A DNA stretch of 64,000 nucleotides, taken from the NCBI GenBank assembly GCA_036514715.1, contig DATBWR010000001.1, positions 8,644-72,643 of the forward strand. The letters are read 5' to 3'. The DNA is from Candidatus Nanoarchaeia archaeon. GTDB taxonomy: Bacteria; Patescibacteriota; Microgenomatia; Woykebacterales; RBG-16-39-9b. Every line of letters starts with the position of its first letter. The first letter of the stretch is position 1. The translations under genes were made by a program, and so were the position numbers. Below, in pieces: positions 21,758-29,625 of the stretch. The notes below the pieces were generated by a model that saw only the letters and a program-made list of their open reading frames with translations, did no database searches and had not been told where the DNA came from.

Positions 21758-22324
21758 ATGGAAACTGGAATTAATTTAATACCTGAGTTAACTGAAAAGG
21801 AAATCAAGTCCGGTGTTTATCGCCGTAAAGCTAATTTAGCTGCAATTGGAGCCTTGGCCTCAGTTGGTTTAATTATTCTACTACTTATAGCTTACAGGGG
21901 CTATTTGTTTATTCAAGCAAGAGGTATTGAAAATAGAACAAGCGAAGTTGAGAAGATAGTTGTTAGTTTTCGCGAGGTGGAGATTAGTACCCTAACGTTA
22001 AAAGAGAAATTAACCCAAATAGACAAGCTCTTGAAAGAGTCGTTACCGGCCTCTGAGGCTGTTGGGGAAGTCATTGGTGCAGCGGGGACATCCACACCAA
22101 TTGCAATTAAAAACCTGAACATTTCTGACACTGGTGAGATTTTAGTGGAGGGGGCTGCAGTAACCTCAGAAGTTTTTGCTGAGTGGGTTGATAAACTTAC
22201 TTCTGGTCGTGGCGCCCAAGTTTTCAGTAAAATTAATCTAGTTAGCTTAGTTAAGAACGAGTCTGGCTTTGGCTTTTCCATCAGAGCTGATTTTACCAAG
22301 AGAGGAGTGTTGCCTAGCCTATGA
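21758..22324 (+). CDS. pilN: PilN-like alignment protein
   Basis: INLIP motif, one TM, position after pilM. Confidence 0.75.
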   Translation: METGINLIPELTEKEIKSGVYRRKANLAAIGALASVGLIILLLIAYRGYLFIQARGIENRTSEVEKIVVSFREVEISTLTLKEKLTQIDKLLKESLPASEAVGEVIGAAGTSTPIAIKNLNISDTGEILVEGAAVTSEVFAEWVDKLTSGRGAQVFSKINLVSLVKNESGFGFSIRADFTKRGVLPSL

Positions 22325-23091
22325 GCAAGGGTTTGAACTTTGGGGTCGTCAAAACCTACACAGTCCCCTTCCTTAGTTTAGTCTCGGTTTTGGCTTTGGT
22401 GCCGCTCGTAATTATGCCGCAACTGTCTCAAATTGCCGCTGACTCTAGAGTGATTAACCAAAACCGTACCAGGCTCGATAGCCTGGAAAAGAAAGCCACT
22501 GACTTAGAGTCGCAAAGTAGAAATCAAGACGACTTGAACTCTAAGCTTGCAACCGCTGAGAAAATACTACCGATAAGTAAGGCAATCGCGCCCCTTGTGC
22601 TTGGAGTTCAACAAATCGCTATTAACAATAGTTTAGGGGTAAATAAAATTAAACTGCAGCCTGGTAAAGTAGCGACTAATTCTGCTCTTCCTAAAAAAGA
22701 AGCTCTTCCGACTGAATCTACAAATAATGACAACCTGGACTTTAAATCAAGCGATTCGTTAGTAGTTTTTGAGATGAGTTTGTCTGGAAGTTTTAATTCG
22801 CTACAAAGTTTCTTGAAGGTTTTAGAAACCGGGCGTAGGCTTCTAATCTTCAAAAACTTTCAATCCCAGATCTTAGCAGAGAACACTTATAACGTTCAGA
22901 TTTTCCTGGCTGCTCCCTACTCCCCCTTACCGCTTATTGCTGAGGATCAAATTGCTACCCCTCTGCCGGAAATTTCTGAAAAAGACGAGGAATTGTTAAC
23001 ACGTTTGGGAAGCGATTTCTTCAAAGACGTCACTACTACCAACATTAATCCCGGTCCAACTGGGACTGCGAATCCCTTTACTGGTCCTTAA
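22321..23091 (+). CDS. pilO: PilO-like alignment protein
   Basis: N-terminal TM, coiled coil, LP motif, LSGSFNSLQSFLKVLETGRRL. Confidence 0.75.
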   Translation: MSKGLNFGVVKTYTVPFLSLVSVLALVPLVIMPQLSQIAADSRVINQNRTRLDSLEKKATDLESQSRNQDDLNSKLATAEKILPISKAIAPLVLGVQQIAINNSLGVNKIKLQPGKVATNSALPKKEALPTESTNNDNLDFKSSDSLVVFEMSLSGSFNSLQSFLKVLETGRRLLIFKNFQSQILAENTYNVQIFLAAPYSPLPLIAEDQIATPLPEISEKDEELLTRLGSDFFKDVTTTNINPGPTGTANPFTGP

Positions 23092-23779
23092 GCAAATCAG
23101 GCCGTAGTCTTTTAGTCTTCTCTAAAGAGCGTTGCTGTCGCCAAGTTTTTATCTTCCCATGGTCGCCCGATAACAAAATCTCAGGAACTTTTTCTCCCTC
23201 AAAGACTTCGGGTCGGGTATATTGAGGGTATTCCAGAAGTTTAGCCTTCTTGCCGCCCACAAGAGGTTGTAGACTGAAGGATTCTTCCGCTATTGAAGCA
23301 GAAGAGCCTATCACGCCTGGTACCAGCCGTGAGATTGTTTCTAAGATTACTAAAGAAGCCGCCTCCCCTCCGTTTAGAATATAATCTCCGATTGAAATTT
23401 CCAAATCAACATACCTGTCCTTAAAGCGCTGGTCGACACCTTCGTAGCGTCCACAAACGATAATTAAATGTTTCTCCTTCGCAAGTTTTTGTGCAAGCTC
23501 TTGATTAAAATTTTGTCCTGAGGGGTCAGTAAGGATAACTTTGCTCTCAAGAGTCTTCAGGTCCTTAACAGCTAACGACAAAACGTCCGGTTTGAGAATC
23601 ATACCGGCTCCTCCGCCGTAAGGGGTGTCGTCTACTTGTCGGTGAGGGTAAGGGGAGTAATTACGCAGATTAATTACCTCTACTTCCAAGAGCCCGCTTT
23701 TAATTGCTTTTGAGAGTAAGCTTTCTTGCAGAGGAGAATTAAAGAAATTGGGAAACAAAGTAACTATATCAAATTTCAT
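23078..23779 (-). CDS. trmD: tRNA (guanine-N1)-methyltransferase
   Basis: VDDTPYGGGAGM, CGRYEGVDQR, SIGDYIL, EYPQYTRP. Confidence 0.96.
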   Translation of the reverse strand: MKFDIVTLFPNFFNSPLQESLLSKAIKSGLLEVEVINLRNYSPYPHRQVDDTPYGGGAGMILKPDVLSLAVKDLKTLESKVILTDPSGQNFNQELAQKLAKEKHLIIVCGRYEGVDQRFKDRYVDLEISIGDYILNGGEAASLVILETISRLVPGVIGSSASIAEESFSLQPLVGGKKAKLLEYPQYTRPEVFEGEKVPEILLSGDHGKIKTWRQQRSLEKTKRLRPDLLKDQ

Positions 23780-23791
23780 TGAACTGGAACG

Positions 23792-24031
23792 TTAATTTTG
23801 TTCGGTGAGCACTAAGTTAACTCGCCTGCCTTCCAGAATTGCTTTAGTCCGGAGTATATTACGCAGAGACTTAATAACTTTACCACCCTTACCGATTACT
23901 AGACCCATGTCATCTGGGTGCACGGAAAGCTCAAGGTTAATTTCTCCGCTAGCGCCAACTTTTTCTTCTACCTGTACGTTTTTAGGATTTTTCACAAAGT
24001 TAGTTGTTAGGTAGAGAAGAAGGTCTTTCAT
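23792..24031 (-). CDS. khpA: KH-domain RNA-binding protein
   Basis: DMGLVIGKGGKVI GxxG loop; between rpsP and trmD. Confidence 0.88.
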   Translation of the reverse strand: MKDLLLYLTTNFVKNPKNVQVEEKVGASGEINLELSVHPDDMGLVIGKGGKVIKSLRNILRTKAILEGRRVNLVLTEQN

Positions 24032-24041
24032 CAGTCAAAAA

Positions 24042-24269
24042 TTAACTTGCCAATAATTTTTCGACTGTCCCAGTTGGTTGGGCACCAACCGAAAGCCAAT
24101 GCTGATAACGATCTTTGTTTAGCTCGAAGACCCTTGGTTTTGAGGTTGGATCGTAATGGCCGAGGATCTCAATAAAAGCCCCATCTCTGGGGGAGTGTTC
24201 ATCGGCCACTACAATTCGGTATTTTGGTTGGTTAGTTGTGCCAACTCTCGACAAGCGAATTTTTACCAT
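24042..24269 (-). CDS. rpsP: 30S ribosomal protein S16
   Basis: MVKIRLSR, YRIVVAD, PRDG, WLSVGAQPT. Confidence 0.95.
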   Translation of the reverse strand: MVKIRLSRVGTTNQPKYRIVVADEHSPRDGAFIEILGHYDPTSKPRVFELNKDRYQHWLSVGAQPTGTVEKLLAS

Positions 24270-24323
24270 TCTTTTTGAGTTTAAACTGACGGTTTCAAAA
24301 TCAGGCGAAGTTTAATCTGTTTT

Positions 24324-25001
24324 CTAAAGTTTTGCAAGTGCTTCTTTAGCAGCCTCCTGCTCAGCTTCTTGTTTGCTTCTACCCTCACCTTCGGAAAGTT
24401 TCTTACTCTCTGCATAAACCCCAACCCTAAAGATCCGGCTATGATCTGGTCCTTTTTCTTCTAGGACTCGGTAGATTGGGGTGACGTTAATTTTCTCTTG
24501 AGTTTTTTCTTGGAGCAGACTCTTAAAATCGCGGTAAAGCTTATGGCTAATTATTTTATCTAACTGTGGTAGTAACTCACGGCCAATTAAATGGACTGCT
24601 CTATCAATTCCCCCATCCAAGTAAACCGCTCCTAGTAAGGCTTCAAAGGTATTAGCCAGTAAGTACTGACGCTCACGCCCTCCAGTTGCCTCCTCGCCTT
24701 TAGATAACAACAAAAACTTGCCCAAGTTTAGCTTTTTAGCAGTTTCAGCCAAGGTTTTAGCATTAACAATGCTTGAACGGAAATTAGTTAAATCCCCTTC
24801 GGGATGAGTTGGGTAGTTTTTATACAAATACTCAGAGACAACAAAACCCAAGACGCTGTCACCAAGGAATTCCAACCTCTCGTTGTGGGGCAAACTTTCT
24901 TCTGGATGTTCGTTTAGGTAAGAACGGTGGATACAGGCGGATCTAAGTAAATCCTTATTGTTAAATTTTAACCCGATAGCTTTTTCAAGTTCCGCTAGCA
25001 C
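24324..25001 (-). CDS. rnc: ribonuclease III
   Basis: NERLEFLGDSVL signature plus C-terminal dsRBD. Confidence 0.96.
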   Translation of the reverse strand: MLAELEKAIGLKFNNKDLLRSACIHRSYLNEHPEESLPHNERLEFLGDSVLGFVVSEYLYKNYPTHPEGDLTNFRSSIVNAKTLAETAKKLNLGKFLLLSKGEEATGGRERQYLLANTFEALLGAVYLDGGIDRAVHLIGRELLPQLDKIISHKLYRDFKSLLQEKTQEKINVTPIYRVLEEKGPDHSRIFRVGVYAESKKLSEGEGRSKQEAEQEAAKEALAKL

Positions 25002-25075
25002 TTCTTCTTAAGTAGTATTGTTGAGTGGTCACTTGAGAGTAGGGAAAGCCTTTCTCACGAGTGACTAATCAGCAA

Positions 25076-25315
25076 TTAAACTTCTCCCAATATATCAGCA
25101 ATATAATTAATGATATCTTCTACGGTTTTGAAAGCTTGTGCTTCAGTAGGTGGTATCTCGATTTTAAACTCATCCTCGAGTGAAACCACCAAATCCGCCA
25201 TACTCAAAGGGTCGGAATTGAGATCATCCTGAAGGTGAGAATCTGGATGAACTTCTTCTTCCAGAACCCCTAGATGTTCAGAAACTATTTTTTTAACTCT
25301 TTGTTCAACATTCAT
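25076..25315 (-). CDS. acpP: acyl carrier protein homolog (non-canonical DPL motif)
   Basis: 79 aa acidic, VKKIVSEHLG, LEDEFKIEIP, TVEDII; DSL motif replaced by DPL. Confidence 0.8.
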   Translation of the reverse strand: MNVEQRVKKIVSEHLGVLEEEVHPDSHLQDDLNSDPLSMADLVVSLEDEFKIEIPPTEAQAFKTVEDIINYIADILGEV

Positions 25316-25344
25316 TAGCTTTTCTTTTTAAATCACTTAGTAAA

Positions 25345-25830
25345 TTATCTGTTCTTCTTGGATTTTTTATCTTCATCAATGGCGGTTGGCATCAATTCCT
25401 TGACTACTGTTCCTAAAACCCCATTGATAAACTTACTTGAGTTATCCCCGCCAAACTGTTTGGCTAGCTCGACTGCTTCGTCAATGGCTACTTTTGGTGG
25501 TACGTTGCGGGCAATATAAAGTTCAAAAATGGCTGCTCTCAAAATCTCTAAATCGACTTTGGCAATTTGTTCCAGTGGCCACTCTGGTGCAGACCTCTCA
25601 ATAATCGTGTCAAGCGCATCTAAATTATCAGTAACTCCCTTGACGATAAAAAGGACAAGATCTTTATCAACTTGAGCTCTCTCTGTCCCTTTGCTTTCTT
25701 CGCTACTTTGAAAATTTTCAAGGTTGCGGGAAGCAATCTCCGTAATATCAGTAGAATTAAAGCTCCACTCAAAAAGTGCTTGAAGTGCGATCTTCCTTGC
25801 TTCGTGGCGGGGGTCTTGTTTTTTCTTCAT
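25345..25830 (-). CDS. nusB: transcription antitermination factor NusB
   Basis: [33 protein letters not shown]. Confidence 0.95.
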   Translation of the reverse strand: MKKKQDPRHEARKIALQALFEWSFNSTDITEIASRNLENFQSSEESKGTERAQVDKDLVLFIVKGVTDNLDALDTIIERSAPEWPLEQIAKVDLEILRAAIFELYIARNVPPKVAIDEAVELAKQFGGDNSSKFINGVLGTVVKELMPTAIDEDKKSKKNR

Positions 25831-25842
25831 CGACCTAAACTT

Positions 25843-26064
25843 TTAACCTTCTTTTTCTTTCCGGACTTTAGTGACTTTTGTTTTAATCTTAGGTGCAACG
25901 TAAACTACTCCTTTATAAGTTCCGCAATTTGCACAGACTACGTGGGGTAGTTTCAAACTTCCACAGTTAGAACAGTTAACTAAGGTTTGAGCTTTTAAAG
26001 CAATACTTGCTCGTCTTTTTCCTTGGCGAGCCGACGATATTCGTCTTTTTGGTAATGGAGCCAT
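25843..26064 (-). CDS. rpmF: 50S ribosomal protein L32
   Basis: MAPLPKRRISSAR, CSNC...PHVVCANCG. Confidence 0.93.
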   Translation of the reverse strand: MAPLPKRRISSARQGKRRASIALKAQTLVNCSNCGSLKLPHVVCANCGTYKGVVYVAPKIKTKVTKVRKEKEG

Positions 26065-26240
26065 AAGTTAAAACAACCTTATAATCTATTATTTCTAGTT
26101 TTGAGTTATATCGCGCGCATACAATAAATCTTAGTTTTTCAAAACTACTTTCAGCGCGCTATGTAGTAGATTATATTCGAAGAATAAGAGTGTAGTCAAT
26201 CATATTTGAAGGAACCTTGAAGTGTCAACGTTAATTAAAG

Positions 26241-28265
26241 TTAGTCACTGGGGACCTTTTCTTGGTTAGATATTTGTTCCTGAAGTTTTTCAGACAACCT
26301 TTTAGGTAGAGGTTTTTCAATTAGCTTTTCGGCCCAGGAGCGGGTTTTCAAGATCAGTTCAAGATCAGAGGTATTGGCTAATTTAAAGTCTATTTGCCCG
26401 TGTTGCAAAATGCCGTAAATTTCTCCTGGACCCCGCAGTTCTAAATCGAGCTCAGCAAGCTTTAAGCCGTTGTGGTATTTTTCCAGTAATTTCAGACGTT
26501 CCAGAACTCTCAGGTTGCGGCTTTCAGTAAAAAGTAAACAATAACTCTGCCGTTTTCCTCTTCCTACCCTTCCTCGCAGTTGATGAAGAGAAGCTAAACC
26601 AAAGCGTTCTGAACCTTCAATAAGCATCAAAGTGGCACTGGGTATATCGATGCCGACTTCTACGACTGGAGTGGTGACTAAAATGTTGATTTTGCCCTCA
26701 CGAAAAGCACCAATAACTTGGGATTTCTCGCGACTTGAAAGCTTTCCGTGGAGAAGACCAAGTTTAAGGTCTGGGAAAACTTCTTTTCGCAAGCGCTCAA
26801 ACTCTTTCTTGGCTGACTTTACGGTTAGAAGAGATTCGGACTCTTCAATTAACGGACAAATAACATAGGCTTGTCCGCCGCTGACAATTTCTTTGCGCAC
26901 AAATTCGTAAGATGAAGTCCTTTTTAGGGATGGGACTAAGTAAGTCACGACTGTCTTTCTGCCAATGGGCATTTCGTCAAGAGTAGAAATAGACAGCTGT
27001 CCATAAATCGACAACGCTAAAGTTCTGGGAATTGGTGTTGCGGTCATAGTTAAAAAATGTGGCGGCGGTTGAACACTCTTGAGTACTGAACGTTGGAGAA
27101 CACCGAAGCGCTGTTGCTCGTCAATTACCACCAAACCTAATTTCTGAAGCTTAGGAACTTGGTGCAATAGTGCATGAGTACCCACAATAACGTCAAAATC
27201 TTCCAAGTCTCCCTTTGTAGATCCAGTATGGAGCTGAATTTTTATGCTCTTCCCCAGAATAGACTGCAAAGTAGCAAAATGTTGATTAGCTAAAATTTCC
27301 GTTGGCGCCATCAAAGCTGCCCGGTAACCGTTTTCTGAGCACACCTTGAGTGCGAAACTAGCGACTACTGTCTTACCACTCCCGACCTCCCCCTGTAAAA
27401 GACGATTCATTGCTTTAGGGTGTTGTAAATCTTTTAGTATTTCCCGAACTGCCTTTTTTTGGGAGTTGGTAAGTTCAAAAGGAAGAGTTTTGGATAGTTT
27501 TGTTATAGTTTCTGGGTTAACTTTAAAAGCTCTCCTGGCGTCACTTTTGTGGCCGGCAGTTGCTTTCAAATTTCGTAGGTGTAAAAGCAGAAGCTCTTCA
27601 AAAGCTAAGCGCTTTTTGGCTTCAAGAAAGTTGTCAAAGTTGTACGGAAAATGAATTTGGGGTAGGGCGCTTTCTAAATTTAACAATTTTTCTTTAGTTA
27701 AGATCTCCTTGGGTAAGTATTCGACTATTCCAAGGTTAGGTAAGCGCAAAATTTGGTGAATTTTATTGCGCAACCATTTTGAACTCACCCCAGATCCTTC
27801 GGAATAAATCGGTACTAACCGATCAGTGTGAACCGGGGTGATGATTGAACTCTTAATAATTTCGTACTTTGGGTTAACCAAGGTTACTTTGTTGCCAGAG
27901 ATGCCCACTTTTCCTGAAAAGTTGATCAGTTGGTTAGGTTTCAACACCGTCAGGAGATACGTTTGATTGAACCAAACAACGTCGATACTGTTTGTGCCGT
28001 CATTGACTACTGCTTTAATCAGAGTTTTACCATAACGGGTTCTAATCTTGGTAATTTGCCAAAGCTTGGCTTGGATAGTAACAACCTCGCCAACTGAAAG
28101 CTCGGCAATGTTTTTCCGAGTGGAAAGGTCTTCGTAACGAAAGGGAAAGTAGTAAAGCAAGTCGAGGACTTTAAAAATGCCCAAATTCTCCAGTCGCTTA
28201 GTGTAGACTGCTCCAATTTGTGGCAAGTCTTTAATTGCAGAAGCTAGATTGATTTTAGGAAGCAT
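26241..28265 (-). CDS. recG: ATP-dependent DNA helicase RecG
   Basis: Wedge domain, RLLQGEVGSGKT, DEQQRFG, TATPIPRTL, HQLRGRVGR. Confidence 0.95.
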   Translation of the reverse strand: MLPKINLASAIKDLPQIGAVYTKRLENLGIFKVLDLLYYFPFRYEDLSTRKNIAELSVGEVVTIQAKLWQITKIRTRYGKTLIKAVVNDGTNSIDVVWFNQTYLLTVLKPNQLINFSGKVGISGNKVTLVNPKYEIIKSSIITPVHTDRLVPIYSEGSGVSSKWLRNKIHQILRLPNLGIVEYLPKEILTKEKLLNLESALPQIHFPYNFDNFLEAKKRLAFEELLLLHLRNLKATAGHKSDARRAFKVNPETITKLSKTLPFELTNSQKKAVREILKDLQHPKAMNRLLQGEVGSGKTVVASFALKVCSENGYRAALMAPTEILANQHFATLQSILGKSIKIQLHTGSTKGDLEDFDVIVGTHALLHQVPKLQKLGLVVIDEQQRFGVLQRSVLKSVQPPPHFLTMTATPIPRTLALSIYGQLSISTLDEMPIGRKTVVTYLVPSLKRTSSYEFVRKEIVSGGQAYVICPLIEESESLLTVKSAKKEFERLRKEVFPDLKLGLLHGKLSSREKSQVIGAFREGKINILVTTPVVEVGIDIPSATLMLIEGSERFGLASLHQLRGRVGRGKRQSYCLLFTESRNLRVLERLKLLEKYHNGLKLAELDLELRGPGEIYGILQHGQIDFKLANTSDLELILKTRSWAEKLIEKPLPKRLSEKLQEQISNQEKVPSD

Positions 28266-28362
28266 TAAAGATTAGCAATAGAGGTGCGATGATGAGAGAA
28301 ATGATCATCAGGGCAGTGACTACAATCCAGATGATTTTTGCTTTTTTACTTAATTTGATCAT
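28255..28362 (-). CDS. 35-aa single-TM microprotein (not in ORF track)
   Basis: MIKLSKKAKIIWIVVTALMIISLIIAPLLLIFNAS; ATG overlaps tyrS stop (ATGA) and its end overlaps the recG start. Confidence 0.6.
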   Translation of the reverse strand: MIKLSKKAKIIWIVVTALMIISLIIAPLLLIFNAS

Positions 28363-29570
28363 TTTACAAACTTAACTTTCTTCCAACGCCTTTTACCCGC
28401 CTGAATAGTTACTTCATTTTTTCCTTCAACATCAAATGGATCTCGAGCGTTCCGTATTTTTTGCTCGTCAAACACTAGACCACCTTGTTGGGCCAGTCTA
28501 ACTGCTTCCGATATGCTACTTACCAAACCACAGCTTGCTGAAACACTTGCGTAAGTGACAGGTTTCTTTAGCGAAGTTCGTGACACTTCAATTTCCTCAA
28601 GAAGTGCCGGCAACTCTTTGTTTTGGACTACCCTTTCGAACTCCTCTTGAGCTTTTTTAGCTTGCTCGGAACCGTGATAGAGAGTAACTATATTTTTAGC
28701 CAACTCTTTCTTTAAGTTAATTGGGTTTTCTTCCTTGAGGCGCTGCTTGATTTCTTTGAGCCTTGCTTCGTCTTCTCTAGTACAAAATTCAAAATACTTA
28801 ACTATCAGTTCATCCTTTAGAGACATTATCTTGCCAAACATTTCGTTTGCTGGCTCGTCAATATCAATAGAATTATTGAAGGACTTGCTCATTTTGCGAC
28901 CGTCCGTACCTTCCAGTAACGGTAAAGTAAGCACGAATTTTTCTTTGCCAGAAACTTTTTGCATCAGTTCTCTTCCGATAAGCATGTTGAAGGTTTGATC
29001 AGTTCCACCAATTTCCGCATCAACACCCATAGCCACAGAGTCGTAACCTTGCATTAGTGGGTAAAGAAACTCATGCAAGCTGATCGGTTTTTTCTCAGAA
29101 AGCCTTTTTTGGAACATATCGCGTTCAATAAACCTCTGAATAGTAAAATTAGCAGCCAGTTTAACTAGATCACCAAAATTAAGCTTGGCAAGCCAGGTAC
29201 TGTTGTATTTAACTTCAGCTCTATTTTTACCAGAAAAATTAAGAATTTTGGAAGCTTGATAGCGGTAAGTTTTGGAATTTTCCAGAACTTGCTCACGCGT
29301 TAGCGGTGGGCGGGTTGCAGTTTTATCCGTTGGGTCTCCAATCATACCGGTAAAGTCCCCAATTAAAAGGATTATTTTGTGTCCCAGCTTTTGAAACTCC
29401 TCTAGTTTCCACAAGGCGATAGCGTTACCCAAATGAATTTTAGGGCTAGAAGGATCTATTCCCAAGTAGATTTTCAAAGGTTTTTTAGCTTTAAGACGTT
29501 TAACAAAAGCCTCTTTGCTTGGGTAGACGCTAGCCACGTTGCGAGTTAAAAGGTTAGAAGTTTGCTCCAT
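28359..29570 (-). CDS. tyrS: tyrosine--tRNA ligase
   Basis: GIDPS...HLGN, GDFTGMIGDP, GGTDQ, KMSKS, S4-like C-terminus; start ATG 29570. Confidence 0.95.
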   Translation of the reverse strand: MEQTSNLLTRNVASVYPSKEAFVKRLKAKKPLKIYLGIDPSSPKIHLGNAIALWKLEEFQKLGHKIILLIGDFTGMIGDPTDKTATRPPLTREQVLENSKTYRYQASKILNFSGKNRAEVKYNSTWLAKLNFGDLVKLAANFTIQRFIERDMFQKRLSEKKPISLHEFLYPLMQGYDSVAMGVDAEIGGTDQTFNMLIGRELMQKVSGKEKFVLTLPLLEGTDGRKMSKSFNNSIDIDEPANEMFGKIMSLKDELIVKYFEFCTREDEARLKEIKQRLKEENPINLKKELAKNIVTLYHGSEQAKKAQEEFERVVQNKELPALLEEIEVSRTSLKKPVTYASVSASCGLVSSISEAVRLAQQGGLVFDEQKIRNARDPFDVEGKNEVTIQAGKRRWKKVKFVK

Positions 29571-29625
29571 TATTAGGCTCAAATCTGTTTTATCATAATT
29601 GAGTTTATGGTAAAATACAACCGTT

